A DNA stretch of 64,000 nucleotides, taken from Acanthaster planci (Eukaryota). The stretch is taken from the NCBI RefSeq assembly GCF_001949145.1, contig NW_019091359.1:2766861-2830860 (forward strand). The letters are read 5' to 3'. The notes beneath the pieces were generated by a model. That model ran no database searches. It was given only the letters and a program-made list of their open reading frames with translations, and was not told the DNA's origin. The position numbers and the translations under genes are program-made. Below are positions 22,228 through 37,200 of this stretch, in pieces; position 1 is the stretch's first letter; each line of letters begins with the position of its first letter.

Positions 22228-25200
22228 AAGTCTAATTTGAAATGCTGCCTTGTGTGGGTTGAGTGCTGGTTGTTATGTCATTGTTTTTGTTACATATGGT
22301 GTACATAATTAAGTAATGGACACCTATCTGTTTGTGTTGAAAGCTGTCGTTGAAAATTTGATGATACCAATTGTCGGTGGGACACGAGAAGTATGCTGTT
22401 CATTCCACACGAAGATACGCAAACGATGGTTAAATGCATCCGAACAAAGCAATCATTACATGTCTCTTGCAATTGTGACAGAAATTATTTATGTTGCAAA
22501 AGAAATTGTGCGTAAGGTCTTTTTTCTAAATGATTTGATTGTGTCTATTGCTTTCATTTGAAGTACCAAGTGTTATTTCAAGCAATGGTTGAAGTCGTAA
22601 CAGGGCAAGAATGTGATTTAACTTCATTTCAGAACTGCCCGACTGAAATTTATTTATGCTGTGAATAGATTTTAAGTTGTCTCATGAACAAGTGCAAAAG
22701 TATGCAAACGATCGGTCACATTCCTTGGCAGTTGAGCAGTCAAGTCGGCATGTAGACAACAAAAAATCGAACAGCAGTTACAAGAAAACCAGCAGCTATT
22801 AGTAGATTAACGGTTCAGCTTCATCGAGCTTAAAAACTTGCAGACTTTAAAATTTTCAGTTATTGGAGCTGGCTCCTTGCCGAAGTTATATGTGAGCACA
22901 GCACGCAAAGTACTTTCCGAATAAAATTTAATGAATATAAATTGCAGGCTTTCTCGGATACATTTTTGAAAGGCTAACGCTTTTTATCAGTTTTAATAAT
23001 TAGGAAGAAAACGACCATGTTGCGGATATTTAGAGTATTTCACTTTTAAATGGGGTTGATATAATGGAACTTTTAAAGTGTGTGTGTAGCCAAGACTGAT
23101 GATTGATCAAAACGCCATAGATACATTGATCGAGATCTTTGCAGTTAATGTTTATTTCTAGAGTGGAGGAAATGAACAACGTTTTCTTTTCAGCCAGAGC
23201 AATTGGTTAGATCAGCCTTGGAGAGTTTGAGATGAGACAGTCGTTGGTGTGCTAGCTGTGCGAATGGGTGTGTACATGGAGTTGGGTGCGTGGGAGAGGA
23301 CACGATACTCAGAGTGTAAATGAGTGATGGAGTTGGATGAGTTGTCATTGCTGGCACGCGTGTGTGAGTTTTTGGTGAGCTTTGTGTGAGTATCGCACAG
23401 AATGAGATGACTTCAGCAAACGTAAAGCTGAAATTTGTTCGTGCAGTAAGTAGTGAAGTGTTTTCTGCATAATTGTTGATTCCCACTTTGAAAAGACTTG
23501 CTGCTTGGAGACGGCTTAAACGTGTATTTTAAATTTTTTATGGTGAAATTTTATTTTATAAATGGACAACACAGTAATTGTTATATATTATTTGCAGTGG
23601 TAATTATTCTCTGTATATTTTGTAACGTAAATAAACCCAGCAAGTATTGTACACGGGGAGAGATGTGTGCAATGTTTACCATAAAATAATGCTTGTATAA
23701 ATTAAACTCGGTCCAAATTTATTATATTTAAAAGGAACGTTATTATTTCAGGGGGGTTCGATTTTAACCTCATCATGTGGCACATATTGATTTGTCGAAT
23801 GGAATCATTTATGTTTGATCAATAAAATAAAATACTCTCCTGTAACTCTTGGCGGGATCGTTTCGTTGTCAACTAGGTTCTGAGTTATTGGTTACCGTAA
23901 CAACGCCGAAGAAGAAACAAAGTAGGGGTTGAACTAGCTTTGGGAAAATCGAGGCGGATGGTTGGATCATGGTGCCCCTGCTATGAGGGGTGTGTCCAAG
24001 CTTTGGGATGGGTGGGGGCAAAATGGATATTTTATCTGAAACAACTCACCACTTTTTGCCATCCACACTCAGAATCCTCCTGCCTCTCTATGCCCGAGCA
24101 GTTTCAGCGAGAAAGTATTGAATATCGCAGGTTACATTAAAGAGTAACCTTCCAGCTCTTGCAGCTACGTTTGTGGTCTAATTTTGCAATTCAACCCAAA
24201 CATGACGAAAATTGTATTTACAGCAGATAGCCTGGAGTCCCCCCCCCAAAAAAAAGTGAGACAAGTTGAGAAATAACAGCCCAAATTGTTGAGAGCCAAG
24301 AAATGGAAATGAGCTGAAGCATGCTTCTAGCATAGACAGACTGATTGCCATTGCTTTCTAGGTCGAGTATTGTCTTCCGGAATGCGACTAATCTTGGTAA
24401 AATGGTTCGTGTGAAGGAGAGAATGCGTCAATGGAATCTTCCCGTTGAATTCAGGAATTGCGATTCGTGCACCACCTTTGTTCTGGTCACTTCATCACAG
24501 TGACTCGGTGTCAAACACGAAAGCTTGAACCTTGTCTGGCAGCCCAATGAAAATCAGGGAATGGTGCGTCGCATAAAATAAATACCTTTCTGTGTTGTCG
24601 TCTCAGCACGATAAAGGGTCACCGGTAGAAATGCGTATGATTACCTCCTGTCAAGCTGCTTTTTGAAGCTGGTATTCTCGGAAGATCAAGTAGGAAGGCT
24701 TCAAGCAACAACTGGAACCTTATTGATTGTAGTTTCTCTCTGGAAGTTATGCATTCTCTCGTCTCACACTTTGGACGTAAGCCTACTTGATCGATAAGTT
24801 GTTCAGGAATGTGTCGAGCTTCTCCCAAACGGAAAGTAGTACACCCCTTTCGATACTGAAGTTGAATAATATCGTCTACTTTTATTTGGTGTTGAATTCC
24901 TTACTCTAATGCTTCGATCTCTGGACTTCCACCTCCATGGGATTTCTGAGGATAAACACAGCACATATGCAGAATGCAGACAAAAGCTTGGCAATTTTTT
25001 ATCGGAAAGTGTCATGCTGAAATCGTCTTGATTCGTCTGATCGGTTCTAATCCTGACGACCGACAACTTCTGACATTGTCGACGGGGGAAATCGAGAGGT
25101 AAGTCTGTGAAACCTATGTCCATTTTTTTGCTCTAATGGCATAAATGTACGATTTGAGAGTTGCCATTCTTTCGGGGTTTCTTGTTACTTTGAAGGGCAC

Positions 25201-27811
25201 GCGTAGTCGCACACAGCTTTTATGGTCACGTTCGGATTTTAATTTTTATATCGCCCTCTTGTGGTTAAATTTGCACAGTGACCTTCTGTGTCAATCGAAA
25301 TGTACTTTTTTGTTGAGGTTTTAGAATGAAGTGAAATAGTCAAAGACACATGTTGTATTTATGTACAGTTCCGGTAAATGTCTTATGTTTTGTTTTCCCT
25401 GCGGCTGTGCATTACGCACGTGTAAATATTCATTAAGGTGTGAAAGATTAGTGTGTCAACATTTCTTATTTCTTACTGATTTAAGAAAAAACTTATTGTT
25501 TAGTGACAGGTGTAAATAATTGTGGATGCCATACCGGCTAAGAAAGTGGATAACAACTGATTGAAACAATGCATTTGTACAAATTTTGTTTGGGGAAATT
25601 TTGTCACCTGTTACAACTGAAATATTTCAATTCTTGGCGCGCCTAAATAATTGCATCGGTAATCATTCAACCTATCCTTCGATTCCCTTGTCAAACCCCG
25701 CAGAGTTGGCGTGGGGAATAAAAAAGCGCTGAGAAGCTCACCGAAAATTTGATTTGGAGAACAAATTTACCGAAGTCAAGTTGACAGGGACAAGTGACGC
25801 CACTGGCGACGTATTGTCGATTTTGCAGTAAGCACATCAGGTCATAATCCCTATCACAAGCCACAGAGGGTGATATGGCCGATGTTTCTGGGGATTTCTT
25901 TGCAATATTTAATCATACGTCCTGCTAGAAATTGTGAATTAATGTTCAAATAAAGGACATTTCCTTCAGAGGTTGTCGTATGGGGTAGCGGATTTTCAGT
26001 TGTTCACAAGATGATTATTCGTCTTGTGGTTGTTTTCAGTCGCACCCTTTGGGGCTTGGAAGTTTATTTCATTTTCAAGATTTGGCTATCTGTCATCCCC
26101 TTTTAAGCTACAAAGTTCGCTCGTGAAAGGAAAACAAAATCATGAAAAGCGGACTTCTCCAGTGAGAACTTGTACCGAGAATGTTGCGCAAATTGTTTTT
26201 ATGTTACACCATGCTAAGCACTAATTGTTGTAGGCAATGATTTACTTTCTCTTTGGATATTTTAAAGAATGTCTAATCGTTTTAATTGGATACTTGATAT
26301 GGGATTTCTTGGTCGAAAAAGGGTGGTACAAAGTAACTTTTAACTTTGACAGGATTTCTGAACGATTTGACATAACTTGCGTCATGAGCATTACAAAGTA
26401 AGCGGCTTAGCCGAGGCAGTAAAATCCTTCAAATGGCGTGCCTGAATAAATAACGAACATGGATGTGCGGCAAGAGCATTTTTTGTTGCATTGGTAAGAT
26501 TTCCAGTTTGGTCATAAATCTTGAAGCTGTTTATCTCTCTCGGTGTTTTCCGTAAGTTTTGAAGTGGGCCGCGTACTTCTCATACTCACCCAGTTGTTAT
26601 TTTTAGGCAGGACGATTCTCTTTATTCATGTAACCACGCCTTGACGCGACTCACCCAATGATTGTTTGCCTCTCCTCCGACTGGTAGCGTTGTAGACCGC
26701 CTACGCCGCCGTCACTATGGCAACGCTCTTTTCGAAAGAACGGTATCAATCACACTTCCATCTACCATGTCGCCTTATTTGAACAAACACCAGTTTTCGC
26801 TTTATACATAGAATCAATCATTAATTATATGACGCCACGTAGGAGGTAATTGCAAGAGAAGGAAAAAATACAGATATAATTATATTCGGGCTAGCTTAAG
26901 AAATGTGGAAGGTGAGCCGCTCAATCAAACTATAGAGGGCGCCCTATTTAACACCTCTAATTACTATGAATCCATGTTTTTCTAATATGCCGGTGCTTTT
27001 TATCGGTCGGAAGTAATCGGTGATATCACATGCTGAGATACAAACTGTCCACCAATGCACGGACGTTGCCATCACGCGCACAGGTTAGAGAAAGGCGTCA
27101 GTTGCGTCATTAGTTGTTTGATCAACGAGGGCGCAGCTTCAAGAAGAGATTATATCCAACGCTATTTCTGCCATGTGGTCTCAAATCGTTCCCAACGACA
27201 TGGACATAATAAACCGATGACCTTTTAAACGCCAAACATGCAGGGTTATTTATAAAACTTTTTAATCGATATCCGACTTGCATTAGCTGACGTTCGATTA
27301 TCGTTATTTGAGTTTGGTTCAGTCGTCATGACGTTCAAATCCCCTCTCGTTGCTGGGACAATTATCCACAAGTTTGTCGCCATACCATGAGGTCACACGC
27401 CGTAATCGTCGCCATGAACGCCTGATCCAGGCTTCTTGCAGGGAAAAGAATTTGTGGTAATCGGTCAGCTTTTAATAATGTTTTAATAGATGCTCAGGAC
27501 AAAGATGGTTCATTTTCTTTCATTAAAGAAATTAAAATTTTCATTTACAGAGATTTTTTTATACGAGCTAGGTCACCACATCCTCATGTACATGGCCGTG
27601 GTCATGTAATGATGTCTTGGAATTACAGACGTCTGATTGGGGAAAGAGTTGAGTCGCTTGGTAACACGGTGGATATTTAAACAATTTTATTTTGGTAAAG
27701 TGAGTATCATAAACGCTGTTTTTAGGCAGTGAGTTCCGCAATTCGAGTTATTAGTTCTGCCTTATCTCACAGAGGGCAGGCTTTCCCTTGTCAACAGTAC
27801 TTGGGAACCAT

Positions 27812-28258
27812 GGCTGAGTTCGGGCGGCTTGTTCCCGTATGTTCACGAACAGTTCGATTTGTTATTCGTGGGTCGGCCGCTCGAACGCCGGGAAGAAACA
27901 AACAACATGCAACATGGTGGCGCCCATGTACGTTACTCGAGACTTAAGTTTTGGATGGGTTGAATTCTTTTCGATATTAATAGGAACATTCATTTCTGTG
28001 TTTAAGGAAAATAATTAATGTTAATGTTGCAAAACTTCCCATTGTATACGTGGTCTATGGCTTTGGAAGCCACCTCTCCACTTTTTGCAGCTGTTCAAAA
28101 ATCAAAATCTCACGAGTTTTTCCGTGTGTTCCTGTAAAACCCTGACGAGGAGGTGGTGTGTGATCCTGTTCCGAGAACAGTGTTCTTGAGTCGTGTTCCC
28201 GCCGTTCGAGCGCGAGAACAAGAAACCCGTGTCAAGAACAGGCCGCCCGAACTCGACC
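27812..28258. mobile_element. MITE with terminal and subterminal inverted repeats
   Basis: GGCTGAGTTCGGGCGGCTTGTTC versus reverse complement GGTCGAGTTCGGGCGGCCTGTTC. Inner pair GCTCGAACGCCGGGAA / TTCCCGCCGTTCGAGC. Confidence 0.8.
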
Positions 28259-31200
28259 CGTGGCTCTTGAGAAAAGGTTAAAGTAAAGGCCAAAGTGAGT
28301 GTGCATTATGAATATACGCGGAATGTACATGATAAGCCCAAATAGAACATCAACGCGTGTATGTCCAAATTATTTCAGCTATTTGTGGACTTCAGAGACA
28401 ATAGACCGAGTCTAAATAAGCCGTTGCGCGAGATGAAGAGAGCATTGTGGCGACTAACGTAATAATCTAGGCCCGGACATTGCGAAATGTCAGGGTTGAT
28501 GTTTTTCTCTCCAATTTTGCGTGAATGGATTCTTAAATATTTCAAGAACGTGGATGAACAGCAGAACGACGATGAGGATTTTTTTGGGGGAATAAAGCTT
28601 TACGGAGAGAAATAATATTTTGTGTGGACTAAGATGTTACATTTTGCCACTGTAATTTGTCCATCGACAAAGTATGCCCAAATAAATAAATAAATAAGTA
28701 AGCGTCTATAAACCAATTTACTTGAAAAACAAAACTATTTCATTTGAAACGAAAACTTGCTTGCCTTTGCTTGCAAGGAAGGTTTCCAAAAAGAAATATA
28801 CCCCTACAAAATTGTTAAGCTACTCCGTGAAGTGTCAACCATGCTATTGGTTCACGCAGAACTTTCACCAAATATTGATAATGTTGGTGATGGGTGCATA
28901 GTCTATATAGACATTTGGGATATGAACGTTAACAGCGTACTTTGACATTTACTCTTTGCTGGGGAAACGTGACTCCCAACCCATGAGATTCAATTTAAAA
29001 TATATATAGCAGTCGGTGTTTGGAATATTAACGATGAAATGTGCGATTTGAGTTCCGTAAATATCGCTTTGTCTATGACACGTTCGTAACAGTGCCACGG
29101 TTTGTAATCAGGGCATTAGAAACGTCTTATCAGAATGAGAATCAAAAGGGACTTATGATTATGTCTATGTGATATCTGGGGCAGAATCGACGCCATGCCT
29201 GTTATTACAACACCAGTACATTAAAGTTGGAAACAGAACATAATTTCGACCAGAGTGCAGTTTAAAAAAATAATGCTTCACCTTGACACCTCCTCAACGA
29301 GGTTCTTGAAATTGAACACAAACAGCTGTGGAAAGACTCGAAACAACCTGGCAACTATAGACGTAAATATGTTCCATAATTACGCAACACATAAGGTCCC
29401 ATTTAGAATGAAAAAATAATAAAGGTTACCTCTAATGGAAAATCCTCGTTTCCAATGGTAGAAGCCAGAATTGACTGACTTTAGGGCTCTAAAAGCTGTA
29501 TTAATTTGCATGTATTTGTTTTCAAACTACAATCAAAATGAGACTACGTTACTTTGCCAGGGAGCCTCCCCTGCAAACTCCTCCTAGGAAACCATCCGCA
29601 AGGGCTTGTCAGTCTCACATCCATGGCCAGTTTCATGACGAAGACAAAAATCACTGGAATCTTGCACTTTAAACAGAGGTGTTGAACTTGACTTTCAAAA
29701 AAATTCAGGCTCAGTTCACGATTGCTCCCTGGGGAAATCCCCCTCTACCAGGTGCCTTGGAGTCTTAAAGTGCTACGGTGTCGATGTCAGTCCGATACTT
29801 TATGACATTTGGCTATTCTTTTGCCGGGGTGTCACCCGCACATCCAGTCGGGATAATTCAATTGGGAATGGCAGTAGTGAATTAGTCGTAGATGTCTTTC
29901 TGATTGATGGAAAAATGGGGACATATCAATGGTGGAGTTTCCAAATCAGTCCTTTTCATGTTTTTCAATTAAAGAAAATCTATCCGTCTTTTTTGACTCG
30001 ATCATCCATTCCCTTCCCTCTATTCCAATCATTCACGAGACGTCTTGTTGCCGCCTGATCTATTTAGTCTTGTGCCTTCTGTGTAGTCAACGGCGTGTCA
30101 CCACCCGGAATGACTAGGCAATGCAGAATTTAAAGTAATCTACCTGTGATGACGTGATAAATCGGGATATCCAGAACGGTTTTGACGTGAAAAGGAAATT
30201 GTATGAAACGTATATTGCTGTGATAAACTGGTGCTACTCACTGCTAGTTTGAGTGCTGTGCGTACGCTCGTCTAGGTGGACAAGCAGAAAATATCAATGT
30301 GTATGGTCATTACACACAAGCCAGCACAGTTACAAAAACTTGTAAGGACAAAAAGATTTCTTTATCTCTCGAAAAGAAAAAAAATGCAGGTCACGAGCCT
30401 TCGAAACCGGTAGGCCTACAAGTGACCGGTCGACGTGTCAAGGGATTATTCGCTTGTTAACATCTGTCTTAAAAATGATTTCCCAAGAATATATTGGAAT
30501 GCTCGAAGTTATGAAACGACCACATGCTAAAGCTAAAAATAGCCTCAGGGGAGATATCAAAGCAAATGGTACTTTGTAAACAAAGAACTTTTAGCTTTGT
30601 TGGTTAAAAATGCCCCACTGCTCTCCTGGAGCGCAGTTGTGTGTATTTGATAAGTTTTTTTGCATTTTCGATTCGATCCAGTTTACAATCATAGCCCCAA
30701 TAATGTTGTGGTATGAAGGGCTTGTTTTCATCATAACTGAGACGAAAACAAACAGGGTACCGCATCGAGTGGGTAACCCCCCACGGATTGCAAGCCCAGG
30801 ATCCCCGGTGCCTTGATCGCAGCACGTGGTAAAATTCACGGTAAAAAAATGAAACACGTTCAAAATCATTCCGGGTTCACAGCTTAACGAGGATGATATT
30901 TTTTACGAGTTGATTTATTGTCCACGTTGACGGGCCACTTCCACAAAGTGTCAAAGTCACAGCGGCCGGCCGTTTGTTTTATCGCCCCAGAACGGGCATA
31001 ATCATGATGGATTTATGCCGGCAGATGAGTCTATATTTTGCAGACACGTACGTCAACGCCTAATTGAATCCCAACAAAATACACATCCGGGGTTGATCGT
31101 AAAATATTCCATGAAACGTAGGGGCGAAAGCAACAAGGCTCTCTCGTGAAGATCGCAGACAATTTGACAAGAATTTAAAGCTTCCTCAGAATGGGGTGGC

Positions 31201-34200
31201 AATAAATATAGGTGCCAGTCCTACAGGAATACAAAAATTTCATTAAATATTAAAATTGAGTCCTGTTCATATTATATAAATCCCTTTCTATGTTGGATCA
31301 ATTCCAGTGACAAAAGACCTTTTCGTCAGCTCTTCAGTCATGTTTCAGTTCAGCGCATACCGCGATCCGGATCCTCATTTTTTGCAAACCTGTGCCAGAG
31401 GCCCAAGTTGAAAGCTTTTGACCCTTGTTCCAAGGGACTGATTAATCGCCCCCCCCCCTTTCTCGTTTCTGTCAGTCTTCAGCTCCTGTGGAAGTTTCCG
31501 ATTTTGGATCAGGTACTAAGAGACGCGGAAGTGCAACTCGTATTGGATGTCATATCTGTTTGGTCTGGTGACTGATTGATGAATTGACGTAGTACATTTT
31601 TTAAACAAAGATGTCAGATTCAAGACTAACATTTCAGGCGGCTCAAGGGGAGTAGTTTGGGTGACGTTCTGAGTTGGCCAGGCAACGGCCACGAAAAATC
31701 ATGCAACTGTCTTGAAACAGAGCTGCCAAATCATGTTACCATAAATGGTCCTAAATTTAAAGAAAGTTCACGCAGCACTCTCTTTATTATTCATGAGAGA
31801 TTTGAACTCTTGTGTACGGCCATCTGAAAATAGCAGTAGATTTAATGTGTTTGTGAATGTTGAAAGACTAAAAATGTACATGAGCCGAAAAAGAAAGCGC
31901 GCACAAGTGTAAATTCATCTAGATTATGAACACACCACCCGTGTTTATGGGAAAGGTTTTTGCTTAGAAGTGTTCCTTGTGCTGAGTGAGTAAGCTTAAA
32001 AATTTCGGGGCAGTGTCGCGGGGGGGGCCCTGTGTCCCCGCGTGTGCCTCCCCTCCCCCTGCTCAGAAAGTATGGACAGAAAAAAGTCTGGAGACAGTCC
32101 GCCTTGGTCATTGTTTTAAATGTGACTGAACCCATTGAGTGCCCGCCACACTCCAGAGAATGGGATCCACCAAGTGCCCCCCCCCCACAAAATGTACCCC
32201 AATATCGAGCAACAAGTTAGACCGAGGGGTACCCCGCAACATGTCCAATCGCTTACACACTCTGTACTATTGTTACCTGACACATCCCCCAGTTGTCTGA
32301 AAAGAATTCCTCAGATTCCAGTGAGACAATGACCAACACAAAGAAGGGGGGGTTCTCTCCGTCTCATATCTTGTTTGGTACGTGTACCCCAGTTCCTTTA
32401 CCCACTGCATTAGGGACGTTACTATTTGGAATAATTGAACGGAATGCAGCATTATTATTTTTGTCTTGTTTGTCTTTCGGATTTCATCTTATTAAATACG
32501 CGTACGCATACAGCTAAAAGCTCTTTTTCCGTCCGGGCAAGTGCCTGACTTTCAGAATCGTCACTTCAAGATCAAGTTGCCATGATAAAATTATTTCCTA
32601 AATCCGTATTTACCTCCTTTGCCCAGATACCGAAAAAATGTGTCTCAGATTCGAAGGTATGCAATGCCAATCAATTTGGAGAGTGAGAATTGGAAAATTG
32701 CCCCAATGTTTTGAAACGGATACCTGCGAAAACGATTCCCTCGGACGTTCAAAGGGCTTATTTTAACTTTCAATATATTCATGGGCTGGCAGGTTGCCTC
32801 AGGATAGGTTTCAAAATTGGAATTCCCGGACAGGAAAAGAATAAATTTGGCTCCGTAGAATTGTGCATCGGAGACACGGGTGCTGTGACGAAATATCCAG
32901 CTATTTTTTGCAGGTGTTTTAGCTTGGACGGCGGTTAGAGGGCATTTTGGCAGTGATAAATTTCTGTAATGAAAGAATGTCCGACTTCAGAGATTAATCA
33001 TTTTTGTGCTGCCCATCTTTTGTCAAAAGTTGCCCGAAATTCCAGACTTATACTGTATTATGCATTGCGGCTGCCTAAAATAGATGTTTTGATTTTTTGA
33101 AGTGTGGGGTAAATTCTACTATAGTTGCAGGAAATAATGCTGCATTATCAGACATTGGTCGGATATGGCAAGCTGCACAAGGGGTGTCGCCAACATAATA
33201 CCAAGAGGATTAGTGGTATCCAGTACAAACCACAAAAATGTTGATGGTGGATTCCATCCATTGACTTCCAAATGGCACCGAATTTATGTGGCATTTGAGC
33301 CTTTGTGGGACTCTCCATCGTAGGGCATTCTTGAAATACTTCGTGCACGCGTAAAAGCAAAAACGTGCGCTCTGAATGGTCTGACATTTATGTTATGTCT
33401 GTCAACTTTCCCGAAGCGCACTTTAAAAAATCCCCCTTAGTGTTTTAAGTTTTGTCCTTGAACATGGCGATCATTTTCGGTACTCAACATTTCTTTGGGA
33501 AGATTTATGTCAAATTCCAGTTAAAGTGCTTGCCGTCCCTTATTTTTGAACTTCATTTTTTCCCACTCACTTAGCAACCCATATGCTGCCTTTGGTTGAA
33601 CTCTCACTTCGTTATTGACAACGTTCGTTGCCCTATGTCCGAAAACATTCATCGTTTGAAGGGGGAAGCTTGTCCAATAACAAAACGACAAACTAATTAT
33701 CATGTTATGAATTTTGCTTAAAACTTGCATTCAACTCATTCATGTTTACAGGTTCGGCTGGTAAATCGGCTGGACTTTTTTCTAGGCTTTTTTCATCATA
33801 GAGATGAGCGAAGAAATTTACCGGTTCTGGAACGGGATTTGACTTTAACCTGCAATCTTCGGAAATACCATACTATTTGTTTTCTTGAAAATAGCACCGT
33901 TGGCGGAAACCGCTGCGTCTCTCGGACACTCCTTCATCCAAAGATGGACGTAGGGTAAAGTAACCGCACAGTGGTCATGGGCAGAACAAGATTTCTCAAA
34001 GCAACACTGGTTCTGATTGGCTAGAAGTTTCTAATTCGGTGCAAGATTCAGCTGAGTGTAATCACAAGTAGCTTGGCGCCTCGTTACGAGAAATTAATTT
34101 ACGGCACGTTGCATTCTGAACTCAACTAAAATATAAAATTATCGCTCTTCCTGTGCTTGGGAGTCACGACTCTTCCTGGAAATCGCCTTATTTTGCCTTC

Positions 34201-37200
34201 TATAACGGTCTGCTTTGGAAATGACTGGAGATATGCAGCCCCCTGCCCGCGTGAATTCAAACAAAATAAATTGATTGAACCACAAATATTATGACTGTAC
34301 TAAAGACCTCCTCGATGCTGTAAAAAAATTGTGAAAAATGCTGTCAATTTTGGCCTTTCTGGAGTTCACCGTGCAGGCATGCACGCAGGCACCGATGAAA
34401 TATAAACATGACATTCTTATCTTTTTTATCTGTCAGTTATTTGGGGAGATTATTGACAGTTTTTTACGGTGTGTGCAAACTAGGGTGATTTGGCGCCCAA
34501 AGTTGGCCCGGAAAGGAGTTTGTAATTTCTACCTCCAGGAGACTGTAAACAGTCCAAGGCATGTATAAAGATGTGCTTAGTAACCCTCAGGTTGGCGATG
34601 AGGTCTCTATATAAAGAACATTTCCCTTTTTAAAGTCAGAAGGCCAAGGGTATGATTTAGAGATCCCTTTTGGACAAAGTCACTTTGAACTAATACGTTG
34701 GCATTTTAACTTCCGTTTTCCACGGTATAGGGGTCCTATAACATCATGAAAAGTAGTGATTGACAATAACAGCCCAAACAAAAATGTCACAGACAACCTG
34801 CAAATTAAGAAACTGACTAAAGTATTTGCCTGTGTTGAGGGGAAAAATCATTGGACGAACTTTATAGCAAATTCATAAGCTTTTGATCAATTGAATACGA
34901 ATATGCATGAAGTTCATAGTAGGCTCTTAAACCAACTGATAAGCTTTCATCATTTTGGAGGGTTTTATTTGGCTTACTATCTGCCATGGCTTCAGTGCAT
35001 ACAAACATAAATGAATCGTTAGAGTCAATTCCAATAAGAATCCAGATGATTTTAAGGTCAAGGCCATACCTTTGAAAAGCATTTATTTCATTTCAGCTCA
35101 TGCGGGATTATAGAAAGATGATTTTTGTGCGTGTGTGTTCCCCCAACGGAAAGGGCCATTAGCCCTTCGAAAACTCCCCGAACGATCAGCAAGGCAATCC
35201 AAGCAAGGTAGAAGTCTGATATCGTCCGGCTGCACTGTGATACCTCTGCCTCAAATCGGATGAGAAAAGGTTAAACACGGCTGATTGGATCTGGAAAAAA
35301 TACAATTACACCCAGCCGGGAGAACTGGACAGAAGTGGTCATTTGTGACTGTTTGAAAAATATATATTAGTCTTTAAATTAATTGTTTCTGCCGACTCAG
35401 TACCAGACTAAATGCACATTTCCACACAAGAAGGAAACATCCTGAGCAGAAAGGAAGTGAATTCCAAGCATTTGTTCAATGTCATGAATAGGAGGTGGGT
35501 AAAGATGGAAGAGTCAGAGGTTACAAATAATTTCCAGTCGATACTGACCACAAATACGGTACATCTGATAGTTGTAAAAAATACAAAGAATTTAACTGTT
35601 GAACTTTTCACCGCTTTGCAGTTTTTGCAATTATTTCAAAGTTAGTTTTAAAACCCAAACAACAATTAATATTCTCAGTCGCTGATCCGCTTTCCAATCT
35701 GCACGTGAAAGACGTAAATCCCACGTATTTGTTTTTACCTTTGACAGTCACAGATGGCTCGAGAAGAAAACAGAATGCAAAAATGTTTAACCACATTAAG
35801 GACTCGAAATGACGACATTTTTCAATCAGCGGGGGACGATAAACCGCACTCGTGCAGCGCGAATTCCTGAATGGGTTCAAGAGGATGAATTAAAAAAAAA
35901 ACCAAAAACAAAACAACAAAAAACAGAAAAAAACTCACTCACAAGCCCTCGGGCAAATTTTGTGGGCAGAAGAGTGCGACAGTCACCGCTGGTTTTTGAA
36001 GCCTCAGAGACAATTCGTCCAAACTCGTCAAAATTCCCGTATCACGAAACTGTGGCTTGCAGTCTGATGCGGTAAGAAATTACGACGAAAATGGGGACAA
36101 AACCTATGATACTCCACTTCATGTTGAAGAGTAAACAGATTTATTTCTGCAAATAACGTCGAGACTGTTTCAATAGACAGGTCTTTTTCACTGGTACGGC
36201 TGGCAGGGTTTATTTTTAGGGGACCCAGGGGATAACAGTCTGTCATACGTAGGCTACCGGAGATTGCTTAGGCCTCCGTAATCCCAGCAAGTGTAAACAT
36301 TTCGATTACTGCTAATCGATTATGATGAAAAAAATGAGCAAAATAGTTTTCTTGAAGACCAATTTGCATCAGTTTGATTTTTGTGTATCACCGATTAGTT
36401 ATAAACAGGTGATCTGTTAACTTGACTCTGTCCTTGGCTTCCAAATTCTTTCCTTTGTTAACTGCAGGTTTGGCGCCTGTTTTCCTGTCAGACGACAATT
36501 AGGCCTACCACTGTATGCCACGAGCGTGTAGAGAAACAAATCGTGTGCGGAAATATGGTGTTTTTTTAATGGAAATCCTTTTCCCATTGTCTTATATATG
36601 TGATGAGTTCAGCAGATACCAACGCTGTTGTTTATCGGTATTTTGTCTCCTTCGCACATTTCGTGACTCGTGGGCTGGCTCGTTTTGGCCGGAACAACCT
36701 GCTCTTTTACTCGGCAATTTGTCGCCATTGTCAACGGACATAGCTATAGAAAGTATATTGTTTACGCAGTCAATATTGAAATACACGTTATATATTGTCA
36801 TTCAATCACTGCACTGTCTATGTGACTATTGTCTGTGTGAGTGCCAAGGTCTCCATAGTAGGTACGTGATTCAGGTTTGTGGCATATTGCTGATGAGACT
36901 TCGATCTGTAATCGAGTAACCATTTTTCAAATTTTCCAGTTTAGTTGTCATGGTTATCTCACGATGAATGTGCCTTGCCCTCCATGGAGAAGAATATCCG
37001 TGGATGTTTTCTTGGAGTTAAAATTGGATGATGGTTTGTTTACTTTTCTCATGTAATGAAACTCCATTGTTTTTATAACCGGCTGACCTTAAAGTGATAT
37101 GTATTTATGGACGAATGTGTGTCCCCACGTTGTAATGCAATTAATTCCTCCTGTCAGATATTTTTAAATTAGGGCAATTGGATATACGATGAAACGTAGA

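Noticed and set aside
23193..25098. Exon-like segments with isolated plus-strand splice signals (acceptor near 23193, donor near 25098)
   Set aside because: No coherent reading frame or partner exons. Cannot be supported without transcript data.
31305..31345. Minus-strand CTGAAGA-GCTGAC-GAAA resembling a minimal hammerhead ribozyme core
   Set aside because: Stem I cannot be formed beyond about 3 bp with a valid NUH cleavage triplet. Likely chance or decayed.
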